Origin: Candidatus Rariloculaceae bacterium
Lineage (GTDB): Bacteria > Pseudomonadota > Gammaproteobacteria > Steroidobacterales > Rariloculaceae
Length of the DNA stretch: 64,000 nucleotides
Assembly: GCA_965205045.1 (NCBI GenBank)
Contig: OZ242031.1
Location: 1,628,044-1,692,043, forward strand
Direction of reading: 5' to 3'
Below the pieces are notes generated by a model that did no database searches, was not told the DNA's origin, and was given only the letters and a program-made list of their open reading frames with translations. This document shows positions 20,946 through 30,968 of this stretch, piece by piece (positions within the stretch are counted from its first letter, which is position 1; each line of letters starts with the position of its first letter). The position numbers were made by a program, and so were the translations under genes.

Positions 20946-21082
20946 AGAGCAATGATCGGCTGGAAGGAGCACTGGCAGCCCGGTACCGGCGGCGCCGCAA
21001 CCGAACTGCAACGCACACGCGGTACAAGGGCCGCGTGATCGCGGCTGCGGTATAGTGATATCGCTGACCAGGGGAGTGTTTC

Positions 21083-22609
21083 TTGGATCCGTACGAGACT
21101 TCCGAACTCAGGCGACGCACCAAAATCGTTGCCACGCTGGGGCCGGCGACCGATGATCCACAGGTGCTGGAGTCGCTGCTCCTCGCGGGCGCCGATGTTC
21201 TCAGACTGAACTTTTCCCACGGTACGGCGCAGCAGAATTCGGACCGGGTCCGCCAGGTTCGCGAAATCTCCGCACGAATCGGGCGGGATGTCGGGCTCAT
21301 GTGCGATCTGCAGGGTCCGAAGGTTCGCATCGAACGATTCGCCAGGGGCGTGGCCGTGCTCGGCGAGGGCCAGCGCTTCACGCTGGATACCGCACCCGAC
21401 GCCGGCCCCGGCGACGAGACCCGGGTCAGCGTCGAGTATCGCGACCTGGTCAAGGACGTGACCGCCGGCGACATGCTGCTTCTGGACGACGGCCAGATCG
21501 TCCTTGAGGTGCATGAGGTCGACGGCGCCGAAGTGCGCTGCTGGGTACAGCGCGGCGGCACGCTGACCAACAAGAAGGGCCTGAACAAGCAGGGCGGCGG
21601 GTTGTCCGCGCCGGCGCTGTCGGAAAAGGACCGGCTGGACATCGACCTGGCTGCCCGGCTTGGAGTGGACTATGTTTCGGTTTCCTTCGCCCGCAACGCC
21701 GCCGACATCGAGGAGGCCCGGGACCTGCTGCGCACCGCCGGCGGACACGCCCTGATCTGCGCCAAGATCGAGCGGGCGGAAGCGGTGGAAAACATCGAGG
21801 AGATCATCGATGCCAGCGACGTGATCATGGTGGCCCGCGGCGACCTCGCGGTGGAGGTCGGTTACGCGTCCATGACGAGCCTTCAGAAGGGGCTGATCAT
21901 GGAGACGCGCAACCGCAGCAAGGTGTCGATCACGGCCACGCAGATGCTCGAGTCCATGATCAACAATCCGTCGCCGACCCGCGCGGAGGTCTCCGATGTT
22001 GCCAACGCGGTCATGGACGGTACCGACGCGGTCATGCTGTCGGCGGAGACCGCCATCGGCCGCTATCCCGCCGAGGCATTGCGCACCATGAGTTCGCTGT
22101 GCATCGGTGCCGAGCGACACGAAACGGTGCGCCGGCCGGAGAGCTATCAGCCCGAGGAGATCTTCAGCCGGGTGGACGAGGCGATCGCGCTGGCGGCCAT
22201 GTACACGGCCAACCACCTGAACGTGAAGGCCATCATCGCGTTTACCGAGTCGGGCTCAACCGCATTGTGGATGTCGAGGGTGCGCAGCGACATCCCGATC
22301 TACGCGTTCACACGTCACGAGACGACGCGCCGCCGGGTCACCCTTTATCGGGGTGTGTATCCGGCGACGTTCGACGTCTGCGAAACCGAGCCAAGTGAAG
22401 TCTACCGGACGGCGATCCAGGTGCTCGCCTCCGAAAGGATCGTTTCCAAGGGGGACCTGGTGCTGTTCACCGCGGGCGGGCAGCGGGGCGTTTCCGGCGG
22501 GACCGACACCCTGCAGATACTCGAGGTCGGAGCAGAGGCCGAACTCGGGGACCGCTCGGACACCAGCATCGCACACCGCTGGGAGATGTCTCGCAGGCTC
22601 AGGGCGTAG
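21083..22609 (+). CDS. pyk: pyruvate kinase
   Basis: RRTKIVATLGPAT..., MVARGDLAVE and TQMLESM motifs are present. TTG start at 21083 after GGGGAG; no nearby ATG. Confidence 0.9.
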   Translation: MDPYETSELRRRTKIVATLGPATDDPQVLESLLLAGADVLRLNFSHGTAQQNSDRVRQVREISARIGRDVGLMCDLQGPKVRIERFARGVAVLGEGQRFTLDTAPDAGPGDETRVSVEYRDLVKDVTAGDMLLLDDGQIVLEVHEVDGAEVRCWVQRGGTLTNKKGLNKQGGGLSAPALSEKDRLDIDLAARLGVDYVSVSFARNAADIEEARDLLRTAGGHALICAKIERAEAVENIEEIIDASDVIMVARGDLAVEVGYASMTSLQKGLIMETRNRSKVSITATQMLESMINNPSPTRAEVSDVANAVMDGTDAVMLSAETAIGRYPAEALRTMSSLCIGAERHETVRRPESYQPEEIFSRVDEAIALAAMYTANHLNVKAIIAFTESGSTALWMSRVRSDIPIYAFTRHETTRRRVTLYRGVYPATFDVCETEPSEVYRTAIQVLASERIVSKGDLVLFTAGGQRGVSGGTDTLQILEVGAEAELGDRSDTSIAHRWEMSRRLRA

Positions 22610-22817
22610 CGGTACGGTTCACCCATGAGCAGTACAGAACCAGCCGCCGCTCCGCTGGCGGCAGCTCCTGACGCTACCTCCGTATCCTGGGACGACGCGA
22701 CCGGGTTGGTCGATTCCGCGGGCGTGGACTGCCGTCCGGTCGCTTGCAAACCGGGCTACATTTGGAAAATCAAGTCGACAACGCATAAACTGCTTCCGTG
22801 CACGCGAGGATATAGGC

Positions 22818-23018
22818 ATGGCGGCAAACTTGAAGGAAACGCTCCATACTCTGGCCGACCAACTGCCGGAAAATGCTACCTGGGACGATGTTATGGAAGA
22901 GGTCCGATTTCGCCGCGCCATAGAGTCCGGCGCACGTGCGGCCGATTTCGGTGAATTTGCCACACAGGAGGAAATCCAGAGGGCATTTGCGAGTTGGGGC
23001 GTGAATATTGCGGATTAA
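22818..23018 (+). CDS. type II antitoxin (partner of ParE/RelE-family toxin)
   Basis: 66-aa ORF overlapping the toxin gene start by 11 nt. Small acidic protein upstream of the toxin, the classical TA arrangement. Confidence 0.65.
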   Translation: MAANLKETLHTLADQLPENATWDDVMEEVRFRRAIESGARAADFGEFATQEEIQRAFASWGVNIAD

Positions 23019-23286
23019 GTGGGCGCGCCCGGCGTTGGCAGACCTGATCGAGGCACAGGCGTACATCGCCCAGGAAAATCCACTGGCTGCTGGCGTGATG
23101 GCTCAACGGATACGGGATGCAACTCAAGTCTTGGTTGACAATCCGCGTGTTGGACGGCGCGGACACGTTACTGGCACTCGAGAGTTGGTCGTACCACGCA
23201 CTCCTTATTTGGTAGTCTACCGACTCCGTGGAGAGGGTATTGAAATTCTCCACGTTTATCACGGCAGGCGGAACTGGCAGTCTTGA
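23008..23286 (+). CDS. RelE/ParE-family type II toxin
   Basis: 92 aa. IKWARPALADLIEAQAYIAQENPLAA...YLVVYRLRGEGIEILHVYHGRR is a typical ParE/RelE fold signature. Confidence 0.8.
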   Translation: MRIKWARPALADLIEAQAYIAQENPLAAGVMAQRIRDATQVLVDNPRVGRRGHVTGTRELVVPRTPYLVVYRLRGEGIEILHVYHGRRNWQS

Positions 23287-23487
23287 AGAAACACGGCTAC
23301 CCTTTGCCGAATAATCATTTAGATCGGGCGGCGGAGACGGACCCGAAAACCACTCCCAGTTGCTGCGTTTGCGCGGCTCCACCGGCGCGAACCCCTCCGC
23401 CAATGCTTCAGAGACGAAAGCCGAGCGATCTGCAGCTGCAAACCAACGACTGGTCGTTGTCCTTGTGGCAGAATTTCCCGCTTTGTC

Positions 23488-23967
23488 ATGGACCAACTTT
23501 GCGCGGGATCGCTGGATCTGAGTCAGGATGGGGGCTTCGAATTGCTGGTTCTTGGACCACGCGCCGCGGGTACGGGGCTCACACTCACTGCCGCCACCCA
23601 CGTCATACATATTTCGCGCTGGTGGAACCCGGCAGTCGAGGAACAGTGCAATGACCGGGTGCACCGAATTGGCCAGCAGCGCCCGGTGACGATTCATGTT
23701 CCCATGGCGATTCACCCGGTATACAGGGAACTCTCCTTCGATTGTGTACTGCATCAATTGATGCACCGAAAAAGGAAGCTCGCGAGTGCGGCGCTGTGGC
23801 CCATGGGCCATTCCAGGACAGATGTCGACGATCTTCAGCGGCACATGGCGCGGCAGGCTCAATCATCCACCGAAGATCCGGTCGTCGCTGCAATGACGGC
23901 ATTGTTCGGGAAGATGGGCGAAACACTTCCCGCGTTCGAGAACGATGGTTCACTGACCACGCCTTAG
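23488..23967 (+). pseudogene. SNF2-family helicase C-terminal fragment
   Basis: AGTGLTLTAATHVIHISRWWNPAVEEQCNDRVHRIGQQRPVTIH corresponds to helicase motifs V-VI only. No N-terminal ATPase lobe is present. Upstream (about 23400-23490), possible continuation lies in another frame. Confidence 0.6.
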
Positions 23968-24187
23968 GACCATTGTTTCGCGCTGTCACCCGTAATGTTC
24001 CAAGGGAATTCACGACGGAGTTTCACCGCGAGCGCGTTTTTTGTTCAGTTGGTTTGCGCTGACCAATGAAGTGCACGAAAGGGTGCCGATAAAGTTGAAA
24101 AAAGCCTTGAGGCGTCCGCCGTCGGCTCGCTGCGGACTGTAGTTGAGTTTTTTCCACGGGATTAGCGCTTTCAACGGCAACGTCACG

Positions 24188-25039
24188 TCAACCCATCCCA
24201 TGGTGCCGAGTTTGCACCGATTCAACGGATCGCAGCCGGCCAGCTACGGCATCGGCCACGTAAACTGAGCGATGTCGCCCGCCCGTGCAGCCGATTGCGA
24301 CCGTCATGTAGGCGCGCTGGGAGTCTTTGTAGCTTTGTATCCAGCGCTGCAGGAACGAAGCGATATCGTCCACCATGGCTTGGACTAGGGGATCGTTATC
24401 CAGGAACTCCCGCACCGGGCGGTCGCGCCCGGTCAGCGGACGGAGCGTCGGTTCCCAGTACGGATTGGGCAGGCAGCGAACGTCAAAAACGAAGTCGGCG
24501 TCGGCCGGAAGGCCGCGCTTGAATCCAAACGACTCCAGTAGGATGGCCAGCTTGCCTTCGGCGCGATCGGCGACCCGACTGCCGATCAGACTCCGCAGTT
24601 CGTGAACGTTGGTTGCGCTGGTGTCCAGCACCAGGTCCGCGATATCGACGATGGGCTCGAGCAGGCCGGACTCCTGCTCGAGCGCTTCGGTCAGGCTGAC
24701 CTTGTCCGAAGTCAGGGGATGCTTGCGCCGGGTTTCGCTGAAGCGCGACAGCAGCACGTCTTCGTCGGCCTGAAGGAAGATCACTTCGCAGGCGATCCCG
24801 GCCTTTCGCAGTTCCTGCACCAGCAGCGGAAGGCGTGGAATGTCCGCGGCGTTGCGGGCGTCGGCGCACAGCGCGACGCGGCTGAATGCCGGGTCCTGCT
24901 GTGGCAGCGTCTCATCGACGAACGACTGCAACAGGGCAATCGGAATGTTGTCGATGCAGTAGTATCCGGCGTCCTCAAGCGCGTTGAGGGCGACGCTCTT
25001 TCCGGATCCCGAAAGTCCGCTCAGGACAACCAGCCGCAT
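24188..25039 (-). CDS. rapZ: RNase adapter protein RapZ
   Basis: MRLVVLSGLSGSGKSVALNALEDAGYYCIDNIP... and CTGGRHRSV are present. Confidence 0.95.
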   Translation of the reverse strand: MRLVVLSGLSGSGKSVALNALEDAGYYCIDNIPIALLQSFVDETLPQQDPAFSRVALCADARNAADIPRLPLLVQELRKAGIACEVIFLQADEDVLLSRFSETRRKHPLTSDKVSLTEALEQESGLLEPIVDIADLVLDTSATNVHELRSLIGSRVADRAEGKLAILLESFGFKRGLPADADFVFDVRCLPNPYWEPTLRPLTGRDRPVREFLDNDPLVQAMVDDIASFLQRWIQSYKDSQRAYMTVAIGCTGGRHRSVYVADAVAGRLRSVESVQTRHHGMG

Positions 25040-25078
25040 CGTTTCTCCCCCGGGCGGCGACCGCAGATCAGCGGGTGA

Positions 25079-25399
25079 CTACCCGTAACGGCGCTTGGCG
25101 GCGCGTTTGCTGAGCCGGTCGATCTGTTTTTCCTTGTGTTTCTTGACCTGACGGTCAAGCTTGTCGATGAGGCCGTCTACCGCAGCGTACATGCCCTCGG
25201 CAACGGCATCGGCGTGAATGGTGCCGCCCTCCAGGTGAACGGTGGCCTCCGCCCGATAGGTCAGCTTCTCGGTCGTCAGGATGCAGTGCACGTCGATCAC
25301 ATGGTCAAAATGGCGTTCGATGCGAGCGAACTTGGAACTGACGTGGCGGCGTACCGCAGGGCTGACGTCCACATGATGACCTGTGATATTGAGCTGCAT
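25079..25399 (-). CDS. hpf: ribosome hibernation promoting factor
   Basis: MQLNITGHHVDVSPAVRRHVSSKFARIERHF... starts at ATG 25399 after GGGAGA. The longer track ORF (to 25459) runs into the tandem repeat. Confidence 0.9.
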   Translation of the reverse strand: MQLNITGHHVDVSPAVRRHVSSKFARIERHFDHVIDVHCILTTEKLTYRAEATVHLEGGTIHADAVAEGMYAAVDGLIDKLDRQVKKHKEKQIDRLSKRAAKRRYG

Positions 25400-25414
25400 A
25401 CCTGTCTCCCTGAC

Positions 25415-25545
25415 CCATCGGGCCCGTTTCCACTCCCGGACCATCGGGCCCGTTTCCACTCCCGGACCATCGGGCCCGTTTCCACTCCCGGACCATCGGG
25501 CCCGTTTCCACTCCCGGACCCGTCGGGCCCGTTTCCACTATTGGA
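25415..25545. repeat. 26-bp tandem repeat, 5 units plus a degenerate unit, in the rpoN-hpf intergenic region
   Basis: ccatcgggcccgtttccactcccgga starts at 25415, 25441, 25467 and 25493, with a variant at 25519. The last degenerate unit overlaps the rpoN stop (25538-25540). The period is not a multiple of 3. Confidence 0.9.
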
Positions 25546-26950
25546 CCGTTCCGGCCCGCCGTCTCTCCGTTGAAGTCGGGATATTCATCGCATCCCGGTA
25601 CTTCGCCACCGTTCTGCGCGCAACCTTGACGCCGTCCTTCGCCAGGAGGTTCGCGAGCTGGTTGTCGCTCAGCGGCTTTCCGGCCGCCTCGCCGGCAATC
25701 AGGCGGCGGATCATCGCGCGTACCGCAGTCGATGAGCGCTCTCCGCCGTCGCCGTGGACATGACTCGAAAAGAAATACCTGAACTCGATGATACCGCGAG
25801 GCGTGTGCATGTGCTTGTTGGCCGTGACCCTCGATACGGTGGATTCGTGCATGCCGATGGCCTCGGCGATGTCCCGAAGCACCATGGGGCGCATGAACTC
25901 CTCGCCGCGGTCGAGAAAGTCCGTCTGGCGCTCGACAATGGCCTCGGCCACCTTCAACAGCGTCTCGTTGCGAATCTCGAGGCTGCGGACGAGCCATCGC
26001 GCCTCCTGCAACTGGGCGCGCAATACGCTGTACTGCTCGCCGCGGCCCAGGGAACCGGCATAGGTCCGGTTCACGCGCAGCCATGGCGTAACGGACGCGT
26101 TCAGCTCGACGACCCACTTCCGGTCGCTGCGTCGCACGAAGACATCCGGAATCGCATACTCCGCGGCAGGCGCGTAGATCGCCGATCCGGGACGCGGATG
26201 GCACGCGCGCACCAACAACAGCGCCGCTTCCACATCCTCCCCGGACGCCTGCAAGAGCCGCGTCAGCGTGTTCGTCTGACGCTCGGCGACGAGTTCCAGG
26301 TGTTCGGCGGCGATGGTCCGCGCAAGCTCGAGGCAGGGGGTGGACGGATCGAGCTGCGCCAACTGCAGGAGCACGGACTCGCTGACCGAGCGGGCGCCGA
26401 CGCCCGCGGGATCAAGTTGCTGAACGAGCCGGATCGCCGCCTCGATTTCCTCCTCCGAAGCCATCACGTCCGGGGCCAGGGTCGCCTGGATGGACAAGGC
26501 GTCCTCGGTGAGATAGCCGTCGTCGTTGATGGCGTCGATGACGGCCTGCCCGATCGCGGTCGTGCGCGCGTCCAGGTTCTCGAGCTCCAGTTGCCAGAGC
26601 AAGTGCCCCCTCAGCGTCTCTTCGGAGTGGTCGGCGTAGTCGAACGCACCCTCCGGCGCCGGGTTGACCGGCGCGTCTCCCGGCCCGGCGGTCTCGGTCC
26701 ACTCGCCCAATGAATCGTCGTCCGCGGCCGCTTCGGCGGCGGCTTCATAGGAGTCCGCCGGCGGTTCCGCTTCGGCCGGCACCTCGATGTCCGGCTCTTC
26801 GGCCTCCAGCATCACGTTTTCGTCCAGCGCCTGCTGCATTTCCGCGCGCAGGTCGGCGACCGGCAGGAGCAACAGGCGAATCGCCTGCTGCAAGTGCGGC
26901 GTCATGGTGAGCTGTTGCGCCGTCCTCAGATCGAGTGCCGGTTTCAGCAT
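25538..26950 (-). CDS. rpoN: RNA polymerase sigma-54 factor
   Basis: 470 aa. MLKPALDLRTAQQLTMTPHLQQAIRLLLLP at the N-terminus and the RpoN box ARRTVAKYR near the C-terminus. Confidence 0.95.
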   Translation of the reverse strand: MLKPALDLRTAQQLTMTPHLQQAIRLLLLPVADLRAEMQQALDENVMLEAEEPDIEVPAEAEPPADSYEAAAEAAADDDSLGEWTETAGPGDAPVNPAPEGAFDYADHSEETLRGHLLWQLELENLDARTTAIGQAVIDAINDDGYLTEDALSIQATLAPDVMASEEEIEAAIRLVQQLDPAGVGARSVSESVLLQLAQLDPSTPCLELARTIAAEHLELVAERQTNTLTRLLQASGEDVEAALLLVRACHPRPGSAIYAPAAEYAIPDVFVRRSDRKWVVELNASVTPWLRVNRTYAGSLGRGEQYSVLRAQLQEARWLVRSLEIRNETLLKVAEAIVERQTDFLDRGEEFMRPMVLRDIAEAIGMHESTVSRVTANKHMHTPRGIIEFRYFFSSHVHGDGGERSSTAVRAMIRRLIAGEAAGKPLSDNQLANLLAKDGVKVARRTVAKYRDAMNIPTSTERRRAGTVQ

Positions 26951-26959
26951 TTCGGCCGC

Positions 26960-27681
<722 letters not shown>

Positions 27682-27685
<4 letters not shown>

Positions 27686-28284
27686 GGGGTGTCGGCATCG
27701 TCCGAGGGCGGCAGTATCGAAATGACCAGCGGTTCACCGCACTCGGAGGAGCCCGAGGTGATTTTCTTTTCTTCGATGTCGTAGATCAGGTCGCAGCCCC
27801 TGAACTCGTTGGGACCCTCGCTGAGGTACGCGCCTCCGGTCATCCGCAACGTCCCTTCGGCGCTCTCGTAGCGCAACGCTTCCGCGCCTCCGCGGATCGG
27901 GTCCCCGCGCTCGGGGTTGCGGTCCTCGAACCGGGCCGGGTCACCCTGCAACTCGACAATCAGCAGTTCATGGGTCTCGAAGAGGATTTCCGCCCGGGAC
28001 GCCTCGATCATGGCGGTGTCCAGGTCGATGCGCACGTTGCCGCTGAACTGCCAGTCGCTGCGGTTGAACTCCAGGTCCGAGGCCACCGCTTCGTCGGCTT
28101 CGATCATGAAGTCGCCCTGGGCGATGCGCAGGCCCCTGAACATCATGGTGTTCGACTGCCTGTCGAAGGAGGACCATTCGGCGTCGAGCGACACGCGCAG
28201 GTCTTCGTCCCGGGCCTGGGCCAGGGCGATCGCCGGGACAAGGAGACATGCTCCCAGCCGGAAACTATGGGCCGAATTCACCAT
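27682..28284 (-). CDS. lptA: LPS transport periplasmic protein LptA
   Basis: 200 aa with a signal peptide and an OstA-like beta-jellyroll sequence. Positioned between lptC and lptB. Confidence 0.85.
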
Positions 28285-28837
28285 GTATGTCCGATTCTAG
28301 CGCCAACTGCTCCGCCTTCAAATTCGCGCTGAGTCCGACGGCATCCAGACGCCGGGTTCCGAAGTAAAGACTCACGGGGTCTTCCGTGCGCACATCGAAC
28401 GTCGCCGGTTCGAGCCGCAGCGACGAGGTGCGGATCGTCATCGGCCCCGATTCCGGCTGTCCGCTCCTGGTCAGTTCCACCTGGCCGCTGAAGTCCAGGT
28501 AGGTCTCCTCCGGAAACGCCTGGCCCTGTGTGGCGGTGAGCACCCAGGGCACCTGTGTGTCGGGCCGAAAGCGGACGGCGACGTCGCTCAGCAGCAGGCG
28601 ATTCTCCGCCGGCAGTTCCTCGGCGCGGGCGGCCTGCACCGTGATCAGCGCCCGTCCCTCCTCGTCCGTCCCCAATATGGTGGCGCCGTGCAGGTAGTAG
28701 CCCGGCGCCGCTGCGCCGACGACGGCCGCGGGACCGTCGTCCTCGATGCCCTGCCGGCTCCAGAGCCACGTGAGCATCGCGATGGCCGTGAGCGCGCCCA
28801 GGGCAACCAGTTCCCGGCGTTGAACGGGCCGCGTCAT
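28265..28837 (-). CDS. lptC: LPS export system protein LptC
   Basis: Start at ATG 28837 (MTRPVQRRELVALGALTAIAMLTWLW is the membrane anchor). Position is upstream of lptA. The longer track ORF start is rejected. Confidence 0.8.
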   Translation of the reverse strand: MTRPVQRRELVALGALTAIAMLTWLWSRQGIEDDGPAAVVGAAAPGYYLHGATILGTDEEGRALITVQAARAEELPAENRLLLSDVAVRFRPDTQVPWVLTATQGQAFPEETYLDFSGQVELTRSGQPESGPMTIRTSSLRLEPATFDVRTEDPVSLYFGTRRLDAVGLSANLKAEQLALESDIHGEFGP

Positions 28838-28841
28838 GCCG

Positions 28842-29333
28842 TCAACGCGCCAGCAGCAGCATGTCGCACGCTTCGCGCACGGCGCCATGGCCGCCCCTTG
28901 CGGCTGTTCGATAGTGGGCAGCATCGAGCGCCGGCTCGCGCGCGTCCGCGACGGCGATCGCAAGCCCGGCCCGGCGCATCATCGGCACATCGGCCGTGTC
29001 GTCGCCGATGCAGGCCACGGCGTCCAATCCGATGCCCATCTGCCCGGCGAGCCCCGTCAGCGCTTCGAGCTTGTTTTCCACACCCTGGATAACGGTCTGG
29101 ACGCCGAGTTCCTTCATCCTGGCCGTCACCGCCGGCGTGGAGCGGGCGGAGATCACCGCCACCGCGACCCCGGCCGCCATGACCGCCTTGATGCCGGCGC
29201 CGTCGTGGACGTGGAACCGCTGCAGCGACTCGCCCTCCGCGCCGTAGTACAGCCCGCCGTCGGTGAGGACGCCATCCACGTCCAGAATCAGCAGTCGGAC
29301 CCGGCGGGCGCGTTCCAGCGTATCCGGCGTCAT
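28842..29333 (-). CDS. kdsC: KDO 8-phosphate phosphatase KdsC
   Basis: 163 aa. MTPDTLERARRVRLLILDVDGVLTDG (HAD DxD motif) and GDDTADVPMM. Its ATG overlaps the kdsD stop (ATGA). The upstream part of track ORF 28842..30209 is off-frame artefact. Confidence 0.9.
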   Translation of the reverse strand: MTPDTLERARRVRLLILDVDGVLTDGGLYYGAEGESLQRFHVHDGAGIKAVMAAGVAVAVISARSTPAVTARMKELGVQTVIQGVENKLEALTGLAGQMGIGLDAVACIGDDTADVPMMRRAGLAIAVADAREPALDAAHYRTAARGGHGAVREACDMLLLAR

Positions 29334-30325
29334 CAGACGACCCCGGCCCGAAAGACGTCGTGGATGTTCAGCGCGCCGACCAGGTTTCCTTGCTCGTCGA
29401 CCACCAGCAGCGCGGTGATGCCGTGATCCTCCATCAGGCGTACGGCCCGGGCGGCGAGATCGTCGGGGCGAACGGTCTTGCCGCCGGGGGTCATGAAGTC
29501 GCCGATCGGCGTTTCGTGAATGTCCACGCGCCGGTCGAGCGTGCGGCGCAGGTCGCCGTCGGTGAATACCCCGCGGAGCCGCCCGCCGCCGTCCACCACG
29601 GCCGTGATGCCCAGATTCCCGCGCGACATTTCCAGCAGTCCGTCGCTCACGGACGTGTCCGGCGTCACGCTGGGGATGTCGGCGCCCCCGTGCATGATGT
29701 CCCGCACGCGTACCAGCAGCCGCCGCCCCAGCGCGCCGCCGGGGTGAAAGCTGGCGAAATCCTCTTCCCTGAATCCCCGCTGCTCCAGCAGCACGATGGC
29801 CAGCGCGTCCCCCATGGCCAGCGCCGCCGTCGTGCTGGCGGTGGGCGCGAGGTTGAGAGGGCAGGCCTCCTCGGCCACGCCGATGTCCAGGTTGACCGTG
29901 GCGGCCCGGGCGAGCGTGGAGCGCGGGCTGCCCGTCATGGCGATCAACGGCAGCCCGAGCCGCTTGATCCGCGGCAGCAGGAAGGCGATCTCCTGGGTCT
30001 CGCCCGAATTGGAAATCGCCAGAATCACGTCCTGGCCGGTGATCATCCCCATGTCGCCATGCCCGGCCTCGCCCGCGTGCACGAAGAACGCCGGCGACCC
30101 GGTGCTCGCCAGCGTGGCGGCGATCTTGCTGCCCACATGGCCCGACTTGCCCATGCCGACGACCACGACACGGGCGTTGCCGCGCTGCGCCTCGATGCAG
30201 ATGTCGCACGCGGCCAGTAACTCGTCGCCCAGCCGCGGGATCAGCGCACGAATGGCGTCGGACTCGATCTCCAGCACGCGGCGCGCGGTGTTCAGTGGAT
30301 CAACGGCGTTAGTTGTCGCGGACAT
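29333..30325 (-). CDS. kdsD: arabinose-5-phosphate isomerase KdsD
   Basis: 330 aa. SIS domain (VVVVGMGKSGHVGSKIAATLASTGSPAFFV) plus tandem CBS domains. Confidence 0.95.
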   Translation of the reverse strand: MSATTNAVDPLNTARRVLEIESDAIRALIPRLGDELLAACDICIEAQRGNARVVVVGMGKSGHVGSKIAATLASTGSPAFFVHAGEAGHGDMGMITGQDVILAISNSGETQEIAFLLPRIKRLGLPLIAMTGSPRSTLARAATVNLDIGVAEEACPLNLAPTASTTAALAMGDALAIVLLEQRGFREEDFASFHPGGALGRRLLVRVRDIMHGGADIPSVTPDTSVSDGLLEMSRGNLGITAVVDGGGRLRGVFTDGDLRRTLDRRVDIHETPIGDFMTPGGKTVRPDDLAARAVRLMEDHGITALLVVDEQGNLVGALNIHDVFRAGVV

Positions 30326-30400
30326 GGGCGCGATTCTAGCAGGGTGCGGGGCGGGGCGACGCCGAGTAGAGTGAGCGTGGTTCCAGGACGGCGGTCAATA

Positions 30401-30605
30401 TGGCCGGAATTCGGGACCGGAGCTTTGCCGTTCTAAGCTGGTGGCTCAAGCGGGCAATCAACGGGATGTTGCCTGCAAATCTGTGCGCTTTGCCAAAAAA
30501 CTGACCGTTGGCGGGACGGTCCCCGCCACAATAGGCTCTTCGGCATGAACAACGTACGACTCGACCGTGCCCTCCTGGTGGCGATCCTTGCCGCGTTCGG
30601 CGGAA
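30401..30605 (+). repeat. copy A of a duplicated leader + small-ORF 5' module (partner at 32738-32943)
   Basis: tggccggaattcgggaccgg...aaactgaccgttggcggg...ataggct...atgaacaa aligns by eye with 32738-32943. This covers about 145 nt of non-coding leader plus the first 20 or so codons. Confidence 0.8.
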
Positions 30606-30682
30606 GTTTCCGATTGATCTCGGAGCCTTCCGCGTTTCATCGGTTCGTCGGGCAACCCTTTCTGATGGAGAAGGATTCATGA
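30545..30682 (+). CDS. small hypothetical protein (45 aa), paralogue of the 32883 ORF
   Basis: MNNVRLDRALLVAILAAFGG... shares its N-terminus with the 32883..33089 ORF. Its stop overlaps the next ATG (ATGA). Below the ORF-track size cutoff; read manually. Confidence 0.4.
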   Translation: MNNVRLDRALLVAILAAFGGSFRLISEPSAFHRFVGQPFLMEKDS

Positions 30683-30864
30683 AAAAGAGACGCTTCGTCG
30701 TCTCACGCTTTGAAGACGCCGCCAGACACATCGGCACCGCGTTGATCATCGCCGGAATGCTCGGCTTCCTGCTGGAACGCTCAATCGGCTATATTGACGC
30801 ATCGCCAACCGTCCTGCTCGGCTTTTTCCTGTTGCTGTTTGGAACCACGGAGGAGAGCGAATGA
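30679..30864 (+). CDS. small membrane protein (61 aa)
   Basis: Two hydrophobic segments (IGTALIIAGMLGFLL, VLLGFFLLLFG). ATGA overlaps at both ends. Confidence 0.45.
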   Translation: MKKRRFVVSRFEDAARHIGTALIIAGMLGFLLERSIGYIDASPTVLLGFFLLLFGTTEESE

Positions 30865-30968
30865 ACACGCTTACTCTGCTCTCACTGACAATATTTGCGC
30901 TGTTTGTCGCCGCTTATCTGATAATCGACCGGCAAAGCTCCAACGACAAGGAACCTCCCGAGTCGTAG
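30861..30968 (+). CDS. small membrane protein (35 aa)
   Basis: MNTLTLLSLTIFALFVAAYLIIDRQ... has one TM segment. GGAGAG lies upstream and the ATG overlaps the previous stop. Read manually. Confidence 0.35.
   Translation: MNTLTLLSLTIFALFVAAYLIIDRQSSNDKEPPES

Noticed and set aside
24114-24137. Hairpin GTCCGC-n12-GCGGAC between the SNF2 fragment and rapZ as a possible bidirectional terminator.
   Set aside because: The stem is only 6 bp with a 12-nt loop. The T/A runs are displaced about 10 nt from the stem on both strands. This is too weak to call without a terminator-prediction score.
25040-25078. Absence of ptsN (and of an HPr-like npr after rapZ) from the rpoN-hpf-(ptsN)-rapZ cluster.
   Set aside because: Only 39 bp separate hpf and rapZ, so the gene is truly absent here. 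Whether that is unusual depends on the lineage, which cannot be established from this window, so it is not scored as a finding.
25297-25573. ORFs encoding repeated METGPMVREWKRARW / GPSGPFPLPD peptides, and the question of whether the array is a CRISPR.
   Set aside because: They are translations of the 26-bp tandem repeat. The period is not a multiple of 3, so the peptide repeats shift frame. The units are contiguous with no unique spacers, so this is not a CRISPR array.
28842-30209. 455-aa track ORF suggesting a large gene overlapping kdsD.
   Set aside because: Only its last 163 codons (from ATG 29333) match KdsC. The upstream part is an Arg/Gly-rich off-frame read-through of kdsD.
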